A DNA stretch of 64,000 bases from Candidatus Omnitrophota bacterium (GCA_022709525.1 JAKLIQ010000009.1:19107-83106); one strand, 5' to 3'. Positions 17,440-28,085 are shown, counted from the first letter of the stretch. The notes: generated from the letters alone by a model not told the origin. Translations and numbers: made by a program.

Positions 17440-18303
17440 TCAGGAAGACGTCAGCGAACGGAAGGCGTCGGGAAGAAAACGCAGAAGGTCGCTCGCCGTA
17501 AGACTGATCTCACCGATCTTTTTGGCGGCCATGTCGCCGGCCATGCCGTGAACGTGAACGCCGAAGCATGCGGCTTCAAAAGAAGAGAGTCCCTGCCCCA
17601 CAAGCGCCGCGATAACCCCCGTGAGCACGTCCCCGGATCCCGCGGTCGCCATACCGGGATTTCCCGTCGCATTGACATAGCTTTCGCCCTCCGGGGAAGC
17701 AACTACCGTATGATGCCCCTTTAAAACAATCGTGACTTGATGTTTTCTGGCGGCTTCGATGGCGCGTTTTTTCCGGAGCGCATCCGTTTCATCGAGCTTA
17801 CCGCCAAAAACCCTCAAAAATTCTCCGGGATGCGGGGTCAGTATCGTGCGGCCGCGACATGTTTTCAGAACTTCCAAATGCCCCTTGAGGGCATTCAGCC
17901 CGTCGGCATCGATCACCACCGGCAGCGTGGTTTCCTGAAGGATCTTGCGGACTAATTTCTGGGTCGGCATTTGTTGGGAAAGACCGGGGCCGATCGCAAG
18001 GACATCCTGCGTCGCGCAAAACCGCCGGATCTCGGCGGCGCCCTTGAAGGAAAGCGCGCCCTGCTTCGTCGATGGAAGCGGGCGCACCATGAGTTCGGAT
18101 TCGCGCTTGGCGACGATAAGATAAACGGCATCCGGAACGCCCACGGTCACAAGGCCCGCGCCGGAACGCAGCGCGGCCATACCCGCAAGATTAGCGGCGC
18201 CCGTCATGCCGCGCGAACCAGCGAGAACAAAAATGCGGCCCATGTCGCCTTTATGGGTTGTCGCCGGACGTTTGAGTTTTTTAGCGATGGTGTGGATATT
18301 CAT
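17440..18303 (-). CDS. nnrD: ADP-dependent NAD(P)H-hydrate dehydratase (YjeF C-terminal domain)
   Basis: HKGDMGRIFVLAGSRGMTGAANLAG carbohydrate-kinase signature. Confidence 0.85.
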   Translation of the reverse strand: MNIHTIAKKLKRPATTHKGDMGRIFVLAGSRGMTGAANLAGMAALRSGAGLVTVGVPDAVYLIVAKRESELMVRPLPSTKQGALSFKGAAEIRRFCATQDVLAIGPGLSQQMPTQKLVRKILQETTLPVVIDADGLNALKGHLEVLKTCRGRTILTPHPGEFLRVFGGKLDETDALRKKRAIEAARKHQVTIVLKGHHTVVASPEGESYVNATGNPGMATAGSGDVLTGVIAALVGQGLSSFEAACFGVHVHGMAGDMAAKKIGEISLTASDLLRFLPDAFRSLTSS

Positions 18304-18311
18304 GGTTTCAA

Positions 18312-18447
18312 AAAAGGGACTCGGGACTCGCGCCTCGCCTGGCTCTCATTAGTTCTTTATTGGAAGCCAGTGCAGCACTTTAAGTGCGGGACTCGTTTTG
18401 GCTTCCTGCCTTGTACGAGTCCCTAGTCCCGAGGAACAAGTCCCCTT
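18312..18447 (+). mobile_element. MITE-like palindromic element, copy A (about 135 bp; GGGACTCGGGACTCG / CGAGTCCCTAGTCCCGAGGAAC termini; internal GCACTTTAAGTGC hairpin)
   Basis: It fills the whole nnrD-pdxJ spacer. It is near-identical in inverted orientation to 42781-42910 and partly identical to 51206-51284. Confidence 0.6.
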
Positions 18448-18448
18448 T

Positions 18449-19189
18449 TTAATTGTTTTTTGCTTGTATGATCTTCTTCATTTCCTGGACCGCGCGGGCA
18501 ATCCCGACGAACATGGCGCGGCTGATGATCGAATGCCCGATGTTGAATTCCAGGATCTCCGGGATCTCCAGAAGCGGGAAAATATTTTCATAATTGAGCC
18601 CGTGCCCGGCGTGGATCTTCAGGCCGAGTTCTTTTCCTAATTGCGCGGCCTTGCGGATACGGAGAAGCTCTTTTTCTTTCTGCGCGCCGCGGGCGTTGGC
18701 GTAAGAACCCGTATGGATCTCGATGGCGTAGGCGCCGAGACGCGCCGCCTCCCGAACCTGTTTTTCAATGGGATCGATAAAAAGACTGACCTGGACTTCT
18801 TTGCCGGATAGGGCTTCCACGGTATCGGCAAGTTGTTTTCTTTTAGAAAAAAGATTCAAGCCGCCTTCGGTGGTAAGCTCCTGTCTTTTTTCCGGAACCA
18901 AACATGCTTTCTCGGGACAGGCCTTAAGCGCGATCTTGAGGATTTCCGGCGAGATCGACATTTCAAGATTGAGCGGCACATAGATCTTCTCGATAAGCTC
19001 GAAAACATCCGCGTCTTGGATATGGCGGCGGTCTTCCCGCAAATGGACCGTAATACTGTCAGCGCCGCCCTGTTCGGCATCAAGCGCCGCTTCGAGGACC
19101 GAAGGCTCTTCGGCAAGACGGGCTTGCCGCAGCGTGGCGACATGATCGATATTAACGCCGAGTTTTTTAGGGGAAGAAGACGCCGTCAT
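18449..19189 (-). CDS. pdxJ: pyridoxine 5'-phosphate synthase
   Basis: KLGVNIDHVATLRQAR ... characteristic PdxJ TIM-barrel motifs. Confidence 0.9.
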   Translation of the reverse strand: MTASSSPKKLGVNIDHVATLRQARLAEEPSVLEAALDAEQGGADSITVHLREDRRHIQDADVFELIEKIYVPLNLEMSISPEILKIALKACPEKACLVPEKRQELTTEGGLNLFSKRKQLADTVEALSGKEVQVSLFIDPIEKQVREAARLGAYAIEIHTGSYANARGAQKEKELLRIRKAAQLGKELGLKIHAGHGLNYENIFPLLEIPEILEFNIGHSIISRAMFVGIARAVQEMKKIIQAKNN

Positions 19190-19196
19190 GAGAGGA

Positions 19197-20135
19197 TCAA
19201 TCCGTCAAAGAGCGGACCGTCGCTTTGATCTTGATGGGTTCTTTATCCTTCAAACTCACATTTTCGGGAAGCACGACCTGAAGCGGCAGTTCATAATCCC
19301 CTTTCTTCAGGTCCCCGAGGTCCACATAGGCCAAAAGCGTTTCGGAAGTAAGTTTTTCAAGGTAAAGCTTCGATCCCTTAAGAACGAGCGATACCTTGTC
19401 GGGATCAAGATCAACAACGCCGCTAGCAGCGGGAGCCTTCAGGATCCGCACCGGAACATCCTTAAACTCTTTCTCGCTGAATTCTTCGCGGAGCGGAACA
19501 TAAACGCTCACAAGCGATTCGCTCATGGGTTTGACGCCCGGCGGCAATTTTACCTCAACGGAACGGTGAAAGGAGCGGATACGGCCCACAAGGTCGATCG
19601 GGCCGGTTTTGGCCGATTTCATTTGTTCGAGCACGCCTTTGGGCCCTTGGGCCAGAACCGCGTTCGGATCAAGCCGGATTTCATCTTCGAGAAGTTTATA
19701 GCCGATCGCCGGTTCGCCGACGAAATCAGGCTGGATCTCCAGTTTTTGAACGACCAATTCATCGAGCTTGACCGTCACGGTTTCCGGAACGATCTTCACA
19801 ACGCGGATCTGAAAGCTCGGTAAACGGATCTCGGAAGGCTCAAGGCGAAAAGAATATTCCCCGGCGGCCTTCGTTTCGGGTCCGATCTTATGCACGGCCT
19901 GGATATCCTGGCTCGCGAGGTTCACGATCAGGGCGCGGGGGGCCGACAAGGTAACCTCCACGAATCTATGGGAGATCTCGGAAACCGTCATCTCCGCGTT
20001 CGCCATCTGAATCTTGAGCGGGATCACGCGCGTCACTTCGATATTCTCTTCTCCGACGGCGTAATACCAGGTCCCGATCGCAAGCACCAGAGAAATGATC
20101 TTCAGGCCCCAGTTGCGGGTCAGCCACTGCATCAT
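19197..20135 (-). CDS. cdaR: CdaR (YbbR-like) regulator of diadenylate cyclase
   Basis: N-terminal TM plus repeated YbbR-like domains; overlaps the cdaA stop by 4 nt. Confidence 0.75.
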   Translation of the reverse strand: MMQWLTRNWGLKIISLVLAIGTWYYAVGEENIEVTRVIPLKIQMANAEMTVSEISHRFVEVTLSAPRALIVNLASQDIQAVHKIGPETKAAGEYSFRLEPSEIRLPSFQIRVVKIVPETVTVKLDELVVQKLEIQPDFVGEPAIGYKLLEDEIRLDPNAVLAQGPKGVLEQMKSAKTGPIDLVGRIRSFHRSVEVKLPPGVKPMSESLVSVYVPLREEFSEKEFKDVPVRILKAPAASGVVDLDPDKVSLVLKGSKLYLEKLTSETLLAYVDLGDLKKGDYELPLQVVLPENVSLKDKEPIKIKATVRSLTD

Positions 20136-20953
20136 ATTTTAGGGCTCTTTCCGTGAACTTGGAAAAGTTTTTTGTTCTTGTCGATAAAATCTTTGAAAAC
20201 GTTCTTGTTCTCCACGGGCTTGAAAAGGCCTTCCAGGATCTTCTTCAGGTCTTCGAGATCAAGCGCCTTGGTCAATTTCCCGAAAACCGAAACCGAAATG
20301 CTTCCCGTTTCCTCGGACACCACGATGCAAACCGCGTCATTTTCTTCGGTAAGGCCGATCGCGGCCCGATGGCGCGTACCGACCGAAGGCGGAAGGTCCG
20401 TGATCTGCGTCAGAGGGAAAAGCGAGCCGCAGGCGGCGATGCGGTCGCCTGTGATGATCACGGCGCCGTCGTGCGTGGGCGTATGCGGGTCAAAAAGACT
20501 GAGCAGAAGTTCCGCGCTCACCTTGGCGTCGATCATCATGCCGCTTTCGATGTAATTTTTAAGCCCGACATCCCGTTCAAGAGCGATCAAAGCGCCGGTC
20601 TTGTGGCGCGCCATATGGTCGCAGGCGCGGATCACTTCCTCAAGGGTGCCCCCCTTGCTCAAAAGCCCGGTCGACATGGCCGTGCCGATGCGCGCGAGCA
20701 CGCGGCGCATCTCCGGCTGAAAGATGATCAGAAAGGCAACGACGCCGACCGCGAAGAGTTTTGAGAGGACCCAGATGATGCTGTTCAGTTCAAAGAATTT
20801 CGCAACAAGGAAGATCACGACGAGGATGATAAGGCCCAAGAGGACCTGCATGGCGCGGGTCCCCTGGAAAAAACGGATCACGGAATAGATCAGGACCCAA
20901 ATGAAGAGGATCTCCACCAGAGGGCGCCAGAAAGAGATCAAGAGCTCGAACAT
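20132..20953 (-). CDS. cdaA: diadenylate cyclase CdaA (c-di-AMP synthase)
   Basis: Three N-terminal TM helices plus a DAC domain (DGAVIITGDRIAACG, TRHRAAIGL). Confidence 0.9.
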   Translation of the reverse strand: MFELLISFWRPLVEILFIWVLIYSVIRFFQGTRAMQVLLGLIILVVIFLVAKFFELNSIIWVLSKLFAVGVVAFLIIFQPEMRRVLARIGTAMSTGLLSKGGTLEEVIRACDHMARHKTGALIALERDVGLKNYIESGMMIDAKVSAELLLSLFDPHTPTHDGAVIITGDRIAACGSLFPLTQITDLPPSVGTRHRAAIGLTEENDAVCIVVSEETGSISVSVFGKLTKALDLEDLKKILEGLFKPVENKNVFKDFIDKNKKLFQVHGKSPKI

Positions 20954-20954
20954 T

Positions 20955-21170
20955 TTATTTTTTTCCGAAGATCGTGAAAGCGAGCGTAAGGATCAGGCTC
21001 AGCAAGATGCAGGTTGTGATGGGAAAATAGAAGGTAAAACTGCCCCGGCGGAGGAAAATATCGCCTGGCAGTTTGCCGAGCCCGGGAACCTTGTCAAAAA
21101 AGATCGTGAAGATCCCCATCCCCACGAGAATGAGACCGAAAAAGATCAGTGTTTTTGCAAGGTCGCTCAT
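20955..21170 (-). CDS. DUF2905 family small membrane protein
   Basis: GKLPGDIFLRRGSFTFYFPITTCILLSLIL matches the DUF2905 signature. Confidence 0.7.
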   Translation of the reverse strand: MSDLAKTLIFFGLILVGMGIFTIFFDKVPGLGKLPGDIFLRRGSFTFYFPITTCILLSLILTLAFTIFGKK

Positions 21171-21252
21171 GCCGCTTTCCCTCGAGATTTCGTTTAATAT
21201 AACACACTGCTCTCGGACGAGGCAAGGTAGTTAGTCGGAAAGTTGCCTGGAC

Positions 21253-22272
21253 CTAAAAAAGCTGTTTGGCGGAGGCGGGCGGCGTAAGGCCAAAGTGCTG
21301 GTAAGAGCGTTCGGTTAAAACACGGCCGGAGGAAGTGCGTTTTAAGAAACCGCGCTGGATGAGATAAGGTTCGTAGATCTCTTCGATGGTTTCGGCATCC
21401 TCTCCGACACCGACGGCGAGACTGTTGATCCCGACGGGACCGCCTTTACACTCCTTGAGGATATATTGCAGGATCCTCTTATCCATCGGGTCGAGTCCTT
21501 CCCCGTCTACGCCGAACATCTTAAGCCCTTTGTCGGCGACATCTGCCGTAATCTTGCCGTCGGCTTTCACTTGCGCATAGTCACGCACGCGGCGAAGAAG
21601 GCGGTTGGCGATCCGGGGCGTACCGCGCGAACGGCTTGCGATCTCAAAAGCTCCTTTTTCATCGACCGGAATCTCGAGGATCTTCGCAGAACGCTTGACG
21701 ATCGTGGCAAGGTCCTCGAATTCGTAATAATTAAGCCGCTCGACGATCCCAAAGCGCGAGCGCAAAGGCGCGGTCAGGAGCCCGCTGCGGGTCGTCGCGC
21801 CGATCAAAGTGAAACGCGGGATCTGCATCTTAACCGAACGCGCGTGCGGCCCTTTGTCGATCATGATCTCGATCGAATAATCTTCCATGGCGGAATAAAG
21901 GTACTCTTCGACGACATGCGGGATGCGGTGGATCTCATCGATGAAAAGCACATCGCCTTTTTCAAGATTCGTAAGGATCCCCGCCAGGTCACCGGCACGC
22001 TCGAGCACCGGCCCGGATACCGAGTGGATCTTGGCGTCCATGCGTTTGGCGATGATATGGGCCAGCGTGGTTTTCCCGAGCCCCGGAGGCCCAAAAAGAA
22101 GGATATGATCGAGCGGCTCTTTGCGCCCGAGCGCGGCTTCAATGAAAACTTTGAGGTTTTCTTTGACCTCGGTCTGCCCGATGAACTCATCGAGCGTCGC
22201 GGGCCGCAGCGTCACTTCGACTTCTAATTCTTCCGGTTTGAATTCCTGATCTAGGATCTTATCGTCTGCCAT
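21253..22272 (-). CDS. ruvB: Holliday junction branch migration DNA helicase RuvB
   Basis: Walker [10 protein letters not shown]; strong RuvB-type sequence throughout. Confidence 0.95.
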   Translation of the reverse strand: MADDKILDQEFKPEELEVEVTLRPATLDEFIGQTEVKENLKVFIEAALGRKEPLDHILLFGPPGLGKTTLAHIIAKRMDAKIHSVSGPVLERAGDLAGILTNLEKGDVLFIDEIHRIPHVVEEYLYSAMEDYSIEIMIDKGPHARSVKMQIPRFTLIGATTRSGLLTAPLRSRFGIVERLNYYEFEDLATIVKRSAKILEIPVDEKGAFEIASRSRGTPRIANRLLRRVRDYAQVKADGKITADVADKGLKMFGVDGEGLDPMDKRILQYILKECKGGPVGINSLAVGVGEDAETIEEIYEPYLIQRGFLKRTSSGRVLTERSYQHFGLTPPASAKQLF

Positions 22273-22278
22273 GATCGT

Positions 22279-22881
22279 CTATACGTGTTTGAGCGCCGTG
22301 CGGATGATCTCTTCCACGGAAACTTTTTTGCTGAGTGAAGTCTTGAGCACCTTTTGCACCGCGTCTTTTGCCTTTTGTTTGGTGTAACCAAGCGAGACAA
22401 GCGCGAGAACCGAATCCTCGACCGTCTGGTCAGAAATGCTCGCGTCATGAATTAATTCTTTACCGGCTGAAACTTCGGTGCGGCCGATCTTGTCTTTTAA
22501 CTCCACGATCACGCGTTCGGCGGTCTTCTGCCCGATCCCGGAAATCGCGGTGAGGACAGGAACATTTTTTTCCTGGATCGCGCGTTTGAGCTCCTGAAGC
22601 GTCACGCCCGAAAGAAGCGTGATCGCAAGCTTGGGCCCGATCCCGGAAATGGAAATAAGAAGTTTAAAAGCTTCGCGCTCTTCTTCGGTCGCGAACCCGT
22701 AAAGCGCCTGAAGGTCTTCGCGAACGATAAAATGCGTGAGAAGTTTTACGGTCTCCCCCGCATTCGGAAGACTTGAGAACGTGGAAAGCGGGACGCGGAC
22801 CTCGTAGCCGATCCCGTTCACATCCAGGACCACTGCTGTCGGCGTCTTCTCAACGATCTTTCCGTTCAGGTGGTGGTACAT
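22279..22881 (-). CDS. ruvA: Holliday junction branch migration protein RuvA
   Basis: [28 protein letters not shown] ... HhH motifs. Confidence 0.9.
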   Translation of the reverse strand: MYHHLNGKIVEKTPTAVVLDVNGIGYEVRVPLSTFSSLPNAGETVKLLTHFIVREDLQALYGFATEEEREAFKLLISISGIGPKLAITLLSGVTLQELKRAIQEKNVPVLTAISGIGQKTAERVIVELKDKIGRTEVSAGKELIHDASISDQTVEDSVLALVSLGYTKQKAKDAVQKVLKTSLSKKVSVEEIIRTALKHV

Positions 22882-23357
22882 AAGACCTTTCGTTTGGCGT
22901 TATGCAAATGACAAAGCGCGATGGCAAGCGCGTCCGAGGCGTCCGGCGCGGGAATTTCCTTCAAACGCAGAAGCTGTTTCACCATGAATTGAACCTGCTC
23001 TTTGGCCGCGCGGCCGTTGCCTGTGACAGATTGTTTTACCACGGTCGGAGCGTATTCTACCACTTCGACACCCTGTTTAGAAGCCGCGAGCATGGCGCAG
23101 GCGCGCGCTTCGCCGATCCGTTCGACGGCTTGGACGTCTTTGGCGTAAAAAAGTGCCTCAAGGGCGACAACGTCGGGCTGATAGCTTTCGATGGTTTTCT
23201 GGAGGGATTCAAAAATATGAAGAAGGCGTTTCGCGATGGGATCTTTGGAAGAGGCGCGGATGGTGCCGCAGATCACGACCTTATAATCGCGGCCGTCCGA
23301 TTCAAGGATCCCGAATCCTGTTTTGTGTGTTCCGGGATCAATGCCGAGAACTCTCAC
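22866..23357 (-). CDS. ruvC: crossover junction endodeoxyribonuclease RuvC
   Basis: [19 protein letters not shown] ... RNase H-like fold motifs. Confidence 0.9.
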   Translation of the reverse strand: MRVLGIDPGTHKTGFGILESDGRDYKVVICGTIRASSKDPIAKRLLHIFESLQKTIESYQPDVVALEALFYAKDVQAVERIGEARACAMLAASKQGVEVVEYAPTVVKQSVTGNGRAAKEQVQFMVKQLLRLKEIPAPDASDALAIALCHLHNAKRKVLCTTT

Positions 23358-24100
23358 GCCATTTCCTTCATGACTTCTTCGGGAATATCGGCGTTCGAAT
23401 AAACGTTCTGGACGTCATCGTGTTCTTCGAGCGCTCCGATCAGGCCCAGGACTTTGCGCGCCGTATCCGCCGAAACACTGACAAGGTTTTTGGGGATCAT
23501 GGTAAGCGTCGCGCTATCGATCTTGATCTTGGCTTTTTCGATCGCTTCGCGTACCGCCCAAAGATCGTGAGGGGCGGTCGTTACCTCAAAGACCTGGTCG
23601 GTCGAGGTCATGTCTTCGGCTCCGGCCCCTAATGCGATCTCCATCAACTGGTCTTCGGTGGTCGCGCTCTTCTGGATGACGATAAATCCTTTTTTCTCGA
23701 ACATCCAGGCGACCGTACCGGCGCTTCCCATATTGCCGCCGTTCTTGTTGAATACGCTGCGGATCTCGGAAGCCGAACGGTTCTTGTTATCGGTAAGACA
23801 GGCGACAAGCACGGCCGTACCCTCCGGCCCGAAACCCTCATAAGTCATTTCCTCGTAGGATACGCCTTCCAACTCCCCCGTGCCTTTCTTGATCGCGCGT
23901 TCGATATTGTCCGAAGGCATATTCGCTTCTTTGGCCGACTGGATGGCTGTGCGAAGCCGGGGGTTACTGTTGGTATCGCCGCCGCCCGTTTTGGCGGCCA
24001 CAGTGATCTCGCGGATGATCTTCGTGAACGCCTGCCCGCGTTTGGCGTCCACGATCGCTTTTTTATGTTTGATGCTTGCCCACTTTGAATGTCCTGACAT
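23354..24100 (-). CDS. yebC: YebC/PmpR family DNA-binding transcriptional regulator
   Basis: [32 protein letters not shown] conserved N-terminus. Confidence 0.9.
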   Translation of the reverse strand: MSGHSKWASIKHKKAIVDAKRGQAFTKIIREITVAAKTGGGDTNSNPRLRTAIQSAKEANMPSDNIERAIKKGTGELEGVSYEEMTYEGFGPEGTAVLVACLTDNKNRSASEIRSVFNKNGGNMGSAGTVAWMFEKKGFIVIQKSATTEDQLMEIALGAGAEDMTSTDQVFEVTTAPHDLWAVREAIEKAKIKIDSATLTMIPKNLVSVSADTARKVLGLIGALEEHDDVQNVYSNADIPEEVMKEMA

Positions 24101-24105
24101 GGTTC

Positions 24106-24211
24106 CCCCGTTAGAGTCTTAATCAAATTTTAAAAAGAATTCTTTAGCCCCGAATAATTTCAAAAATAACGTTATTTCGTCTCGTTAGAGCCATTTGAGA
24201 CTCTAACGGGG
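24106..24211. repeat. intergenic element with 14-bp perfect terminal inverted repeats CCCCGTTAGAGTCT (24106-24119 / 24198-24211) around an AT-rich core containing the palindrome AAATAACGTTATTT
   Basis: Seen directly in the yebC-folP spacer. Confidence 0.5.
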
Positions 24212-24220
24212 CGAGTCCTT

Positions 24221-25048
24221 TTACATAATAGCTTCGGTCATGCGGACCACGTCGCGCATCGCGCCCGCCTCATGCACCCGGACGATCTGGACCCCGTCCC
24301 GGACGCAAACGGCGACGCAGGCGGCCGTTCCAAACGAGCGATCCTTAGTCTCGCGGCCTGTGATCTTTCCGATAAAAGATTTCTGCGAAGGCCCCACAAG
24401 CACCGGAAAACCAAGCTCATGGAACGCTTTGATATTTTTTAAGATTTCGAGATTCTGTTCCGGCGTTTTTGCGAATCCAAGCCCCGGATCGATCACGATC
24501 TGTTCGCGATCGATGCCCGCGTCTAAAGCAAGTTTGACGCTTTCACGAAGCTCGCTCATGACATCCTGCACCACATCGCGATAATCCGTCAAATCCTGCA
24601 TTGCTCCTGGAGTACTGCGACTGTGCATCAACACAATCCCCGCCCCAGAATCTTTAACGGCTTTTGCCATCTCGCGGCCGGATCTTTTAAGCCCGGTCAC
24701 GTCATTAATGATCTCGACGCCGAGCTCAAGGCATTTTTTTGCGACCTCCGCCCTTGAAGTATCGATTGAGATCGGAACAAATACTTCTTTGCGGACCCGC
24801 TTAAGAACGGGCAGCAATCGATCCCATTCTTCCTTCGCAGTGACCGGCGTCGCACCCGGACGGGTGGATTCGGCGCCAAGATCCAGAATATCCGCGCCTT
24901 CTTCGACTAATTTCAGCGCCTGGCTAACCGCGGCTTCGGGATCGAGATAACGGCCGCCGTCCGAAAAAGAATCCGGGGTAATGTTTAAAATTCCCATTAA
25001 AAGCGTGCGGCCGAACGAAACGGTATTTTGGCGGATCTTCCAGATCAC
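24221..25048 (-). CDS. folP: dihydropteroate synthase
   Basis: LMGILNITPDSFSDGG pterin-binding signature. Confidence 0.9.
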   Translation of the reverse strand: MIWKIRQNTVSFGRTLLMGILNITPDSFSDGGRYLDPEAAVSQALKLVEEGADILDLGAESTRPGATPVTAKEEWDRLLPVLKRVRKEVFVPISIDTSRAEVAKKCLELGVEIINDVTGLKRSGREMAKAVKDSGAGIVLMHSRSTPGAMQDLTDYRDVVQDVMSELRESVKLALDAGIDREQIVIDPGLGFAKTPEQNLEILKNIKAFHELGFPVLVGPSQKSFIGKITGRETKDRSFGTAACVAVCVRDGVQIVRVHEAGAMRDVVRMTEAIM

Positions 25049-26991
25049 GCGGCAGGCTTTCCGGTCTCCGATGCGCCGTTCCCGTTCTCCGACGGCAAAG
25101 CGCTTTGAAGCCCGATGATCTTTTTGATCTCATCCGCGTCGATCACTTCTTTTTCCAGAAGCACATCCGCGAGCAGCTTGAGCTTGTCCTGATTCTGTTT
25201 CAAAAGATCCGTCGCTCTTTGATAGCAGCCGTCCACGATCCGGCGGACTTCGCTGTCGATCAAGACGGCGGTCTGCTCGGAATAATCTTTTTCGCGCATA
25301 AGATCGCGGCCCAGAAAGACCTGGCGGTCCTTTTTTCCGAAGGTCAAATGCCCGAGCTTGTCGCTCATGCCGAGTTCGCAGACCATGGTTTGCGCGTAGT
25401 GCGTCGCTTTTTCAAGATCGTCAGAAGCGCCGGAGCTGATCTCTTTGAAGGTGAGTTCTTCGGCGACGCGGCCGCCCAAAAGCACCGTGATGCGGTCTAA
25501 GATCTCGGTCTTGGTAATAAGGTTCCGGTCTTCGTCGGGGACTTGCAGCGTGTAGCCGCCGATCCCGTAGCCGCGCGGGATAATGGAAACTTTATGCACC
25601 GGGTCCGCGCCCGGCAAAAGAAGCGCGATCAGGGTATGCCCGGATTCATGGACGGCTTTGATCTTTTTCTCGCGCTTGGAGATAACGCGGCTTTTGCGTT
25701 CCGGCCCGACCATCACACGCTCGATCGATTGCTCTAATTCCGGCTGCCCGACAAAATCCTTTTTCCGGCGCGCGCCCAAAAGCGCGGCCTCGTTGACAAG
25801 GTTCGCAAGATCAGCGCCGGAAAATCCCGGGGTTTGACGCGCGATCTTGGCAAGGTCCACATCGGGGCCCAATTTTACGCCGACCGAATGGACCTTTAAG
25901 ATCTCTTCGCGCCCTTTAATGTCCGGCCTTTCGATCACGACCTGGCGGTCAAAACGGCCGGGTCGTAAAAGCGCGGGATCCAGCACGTCGGGGCGGTTTG
26001 TCGAAGCGATCAGGATCACGCCGATATGCGTGTCAAAACCGTCCATTTCCACGAGCAGCGCATTGAGGGTTTGCTCGCGCTCATCATGACCGCCGCCGAT
26101 CCCGGCAAAACGCTGCCGGCCGACCGCGTCGATCTCATCGATAAAAATAATAGCGCCGCGGCCTCCCGCTTTCGCCGCGCGCTTGGCTTGCTCAAAAAGG
26201 TCGCGCACGCGGGCCGCGCCGACGCCGACGAACATCTCCACAAAATCCGATCCGCTGATCGAGAAAAAAGGCACCTCGGCTTCACCGGCCACCGCCTTGG
26301 CAAGAAGCGTCTTCCCCGTTCCCGGAGGCCCCATCAAAAGAACCCCTTTGGGGATCTTGCCGCCGAGCTTTTGAAATCGCGGCGGGTCTTTTAAGAATTC
26401 GATGATCTCCTGCAATTCCTCCTTCGCTTCATCGACGCCGGCGACGTCCTTGAAAGTGATCGGGCTTTTTTCCTTATCAATAAGTTTGGCACGGGATTTT
26501 CCGAACGAGAAAACCTTGCCGCCGCCTTGCTGGACGCCCCGGTAGACAAAGAACCAGAAGAACGCGATCAGAAGAAGCGTCGGGAAGATCCCGGCAAAGA
26601 AATTGCGCCAGAAAGTCTGGGGCGGGCTGATCGTGAAATTGGCGACATTCTTGCGGATAAGCGGGATGATCTCGGGATCGTTGTAAGGGATATGGACCTG
26701 GAAAAAGGAACCCGTGATCATTTTGCCCTGGATCACGTTGTCGACCAGTTCGCAGGAAAGGATCTCGCCGGTCTCGGGATTGCGCGTAAGCATCCTGTAG
26801 AATTCCGAATAACTGAGCTCTTTAAGGTCAAAATTGGGGAATACGAAGACTTGAAGGATCAAAAAGATCGCGAGCGGTATCAGAAAAAGTGCGATCAGCC
26901 GCTTGCGGTCCGGCTCCCCCTGATTGGGAGGCGGTTTGCGGCCGTTCTGGGAACGCGTGACGTTCTTTCTTGTTTTATTGACAGGGCTCAT
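25045..26991 (-). CDS. ftsH: ATP-dependent zinc metalloprotease FtsH
   Basis: Two N-terminal TM helices, AAA+ Walker [22 protein letters not shown] zinc site. Confidence 0.95.
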   Translation of the reverse strand: MSPVNKTRKNVTRSQNGRKPPPNQGEPDRKRLIALFLIPLAIFLILQVFVFPNFDLKELSYSEFYRMLTRNPETGEILSCELVDNVIQGKMITGSFFQVHIPYNDPEIIPLIRKNVANFTISPPQTFWRNFFAGIFPTLLLIAFFWFFVYRGVQQGGGKVFSFGKSRAKLIDKEKSPITFKDVAGVDEAKEELQEIIEFLKDPPRFQKLGGKIPKGVLLMGPPGTGKTLLAKAVAGEAEVPFFSISGSDFVEMFVGVGAARVRDLFEQAKRAAKAGGRGAIIFIDEIDAVGRQRFAGIGGGHDEREQTLNALLVEMDGFDTHIGVILIASTNRPDVLDPALLRPGRFDRQVVIERPDIKGREEILKVHSVGVKLGPDVDLAKIARQTPGFSGADLANLVNEAALLGARRKKDFVGQPELEQSIERVMVGPERKSRVISKREKKIKAVHESGHTLIALLLPGADPVHKVSIIPRGYGIGGYTLQVPDEDRNLITKTEILDRITVLLGGRVAEELTFKEISSGASDDLEKATHYAQTMVCELGMSDKLGHLTFGKKDRQVFLGRDLMREKDYSEQTAVLIDSEVRRIVDGCYQRATDLLKQNQDKLKLLADVLLEKEVIDADEIKKIIGLQSALPSENGNGASETGKPAA

Positions 26992-27080
26992 ACTTTTTGG
27001 ATCTCTCTCATATTCCGGAGGAAAGGAAGGCGTAGTTTAGCATGGGTATTTGAAGATATCAAATCGGATTACTCAGGATG

Positions 27081-28085
27081 TTATTTTTTGTAAATAGTGA
27101 TGATTTTGGGAGTTAGCGAAAAATCGATCCCCTTGGGAAGAGTGCAACGGTAACGGGGCCGGATAAGCTCCCTGCGAAGCCGCTCCCAGGCTTCAAAAGA
27201 AAGCCCGCTTTGAGGATCAAGTTTCTTGAGGGCTTTTTCCGCCACCCGGAATTGAAGCGCGGAAGGATGTTGAAGAAAAAAGGATCGCCGAAGCTCCACG
27301 CAAGCGCGGCGTTTTCTCTTAAAACATTTTTGCCACGCTTTCGTTTCAAGCCCGGAAATAAGTTTATTTTCCTCGGCCGCGATCGCGGGGATCCTCGAAA
27401 GGGCTTCGATGACCCGCGGATTAAAATTCCGCTGAAGGACCGGGATCAATTTTAAGCGGATGCGGTTCCGGATGAATCGTGAAGAGTCGTTGCTTTGATC
27501 CGACCGGAATGGAATACTTCTTTCGTGAAGAAAATGCAAAAGTTCCTTTTTGGTAAAGGCAAGAAACGGCCGGATAAGGTTAACGCCGCCCATTTTGAAT
27601 TTTTCGCGAATGCCTTGAAGCCCGCGAAGCCCGGTCCCCTGCAGGATCCGCATCAGGACCGTTTCGGCTTGGTCGTTTTGGGTATGAGCTAAAACGACCG
27701 TGAAGATCTTCTTGGCCTTTGCCGTCCTCAGAAAAAAATCATAGCGCATCTGCCGCGCGCATTCTTCGATCGAAATCTTTTGCGTCCGCGCTTCGCGCTT
27801 AACATCGCCGGTTCCTCCGTAAAAAGGCACTTTGAATTTCCGGGCAAGACTTTTTACAAAACGTTCATCGGTCTTTGCCGCGCGCGGACGGAGCTTATGG
27901 TTAAAGTGAATAAGAGCGAGCCTCCAGCGGTATTCAGAGGCGAGCGCCTTCAAAAGATGAAAAAGCGCGACGGAATCGGGTCCGCCCGAACAAGCGATAA
28001 GGATCTTTTGCCGCGGTCGGAAAAAACGCTTTTCGAGGAGATGAGCTTTAAATCGCGAAAGAAGAGTTTGCGAGAAAGTTTTCAT
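27081..28085 (-). CDS. tilS: tRNA(Ile)-lysidine synthetase
   Basis: PP-loop SGGPDSVALFHLL. ATG at 28085 gives a 4-nt overlap with the upstream GIY-YIG gene; the track start at 28184 would overlap it. Confidence 0.85.
   Translation of the reverse strand: MKTFSQTLLSRFKAHLLEKRFFRPRQKILIACSGGPDSVALFHLLKALASEYRWRLALIHFNHKLRPRAAKTDERFVKSLARKFKVPFYGGTGDVKREARTQKISIEECARQMRYDFFLRTAKAKKIFTVVLAHTQNDQAETVLMRILQGTGLRGLQGIREKFKMGGVNLIRPFLAFTKKELLHFLHERSIPFRSDQSNDSSRFIRNRIRLKLIPVLQRNFNPRVIEALSRIPAIAAEENKLISGLETKAWQKCFKRKRRACVELRRSFFLQHPSALQFRVAEKALKKLDPQSGLSFEAWERLRRELIRPRYRCTLPKGIDFSLTPKIITIYKK

Noticed and set aside
25045-27000. Numerous 60-130 aa ORFs inside ftsH, ruvB, malQ, ETF and other long genes (both strands)
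   Set aside because: They are alternative-frame or antisense ORFs typical of about 55% GC DNA, nested within well-supported conserved genes.
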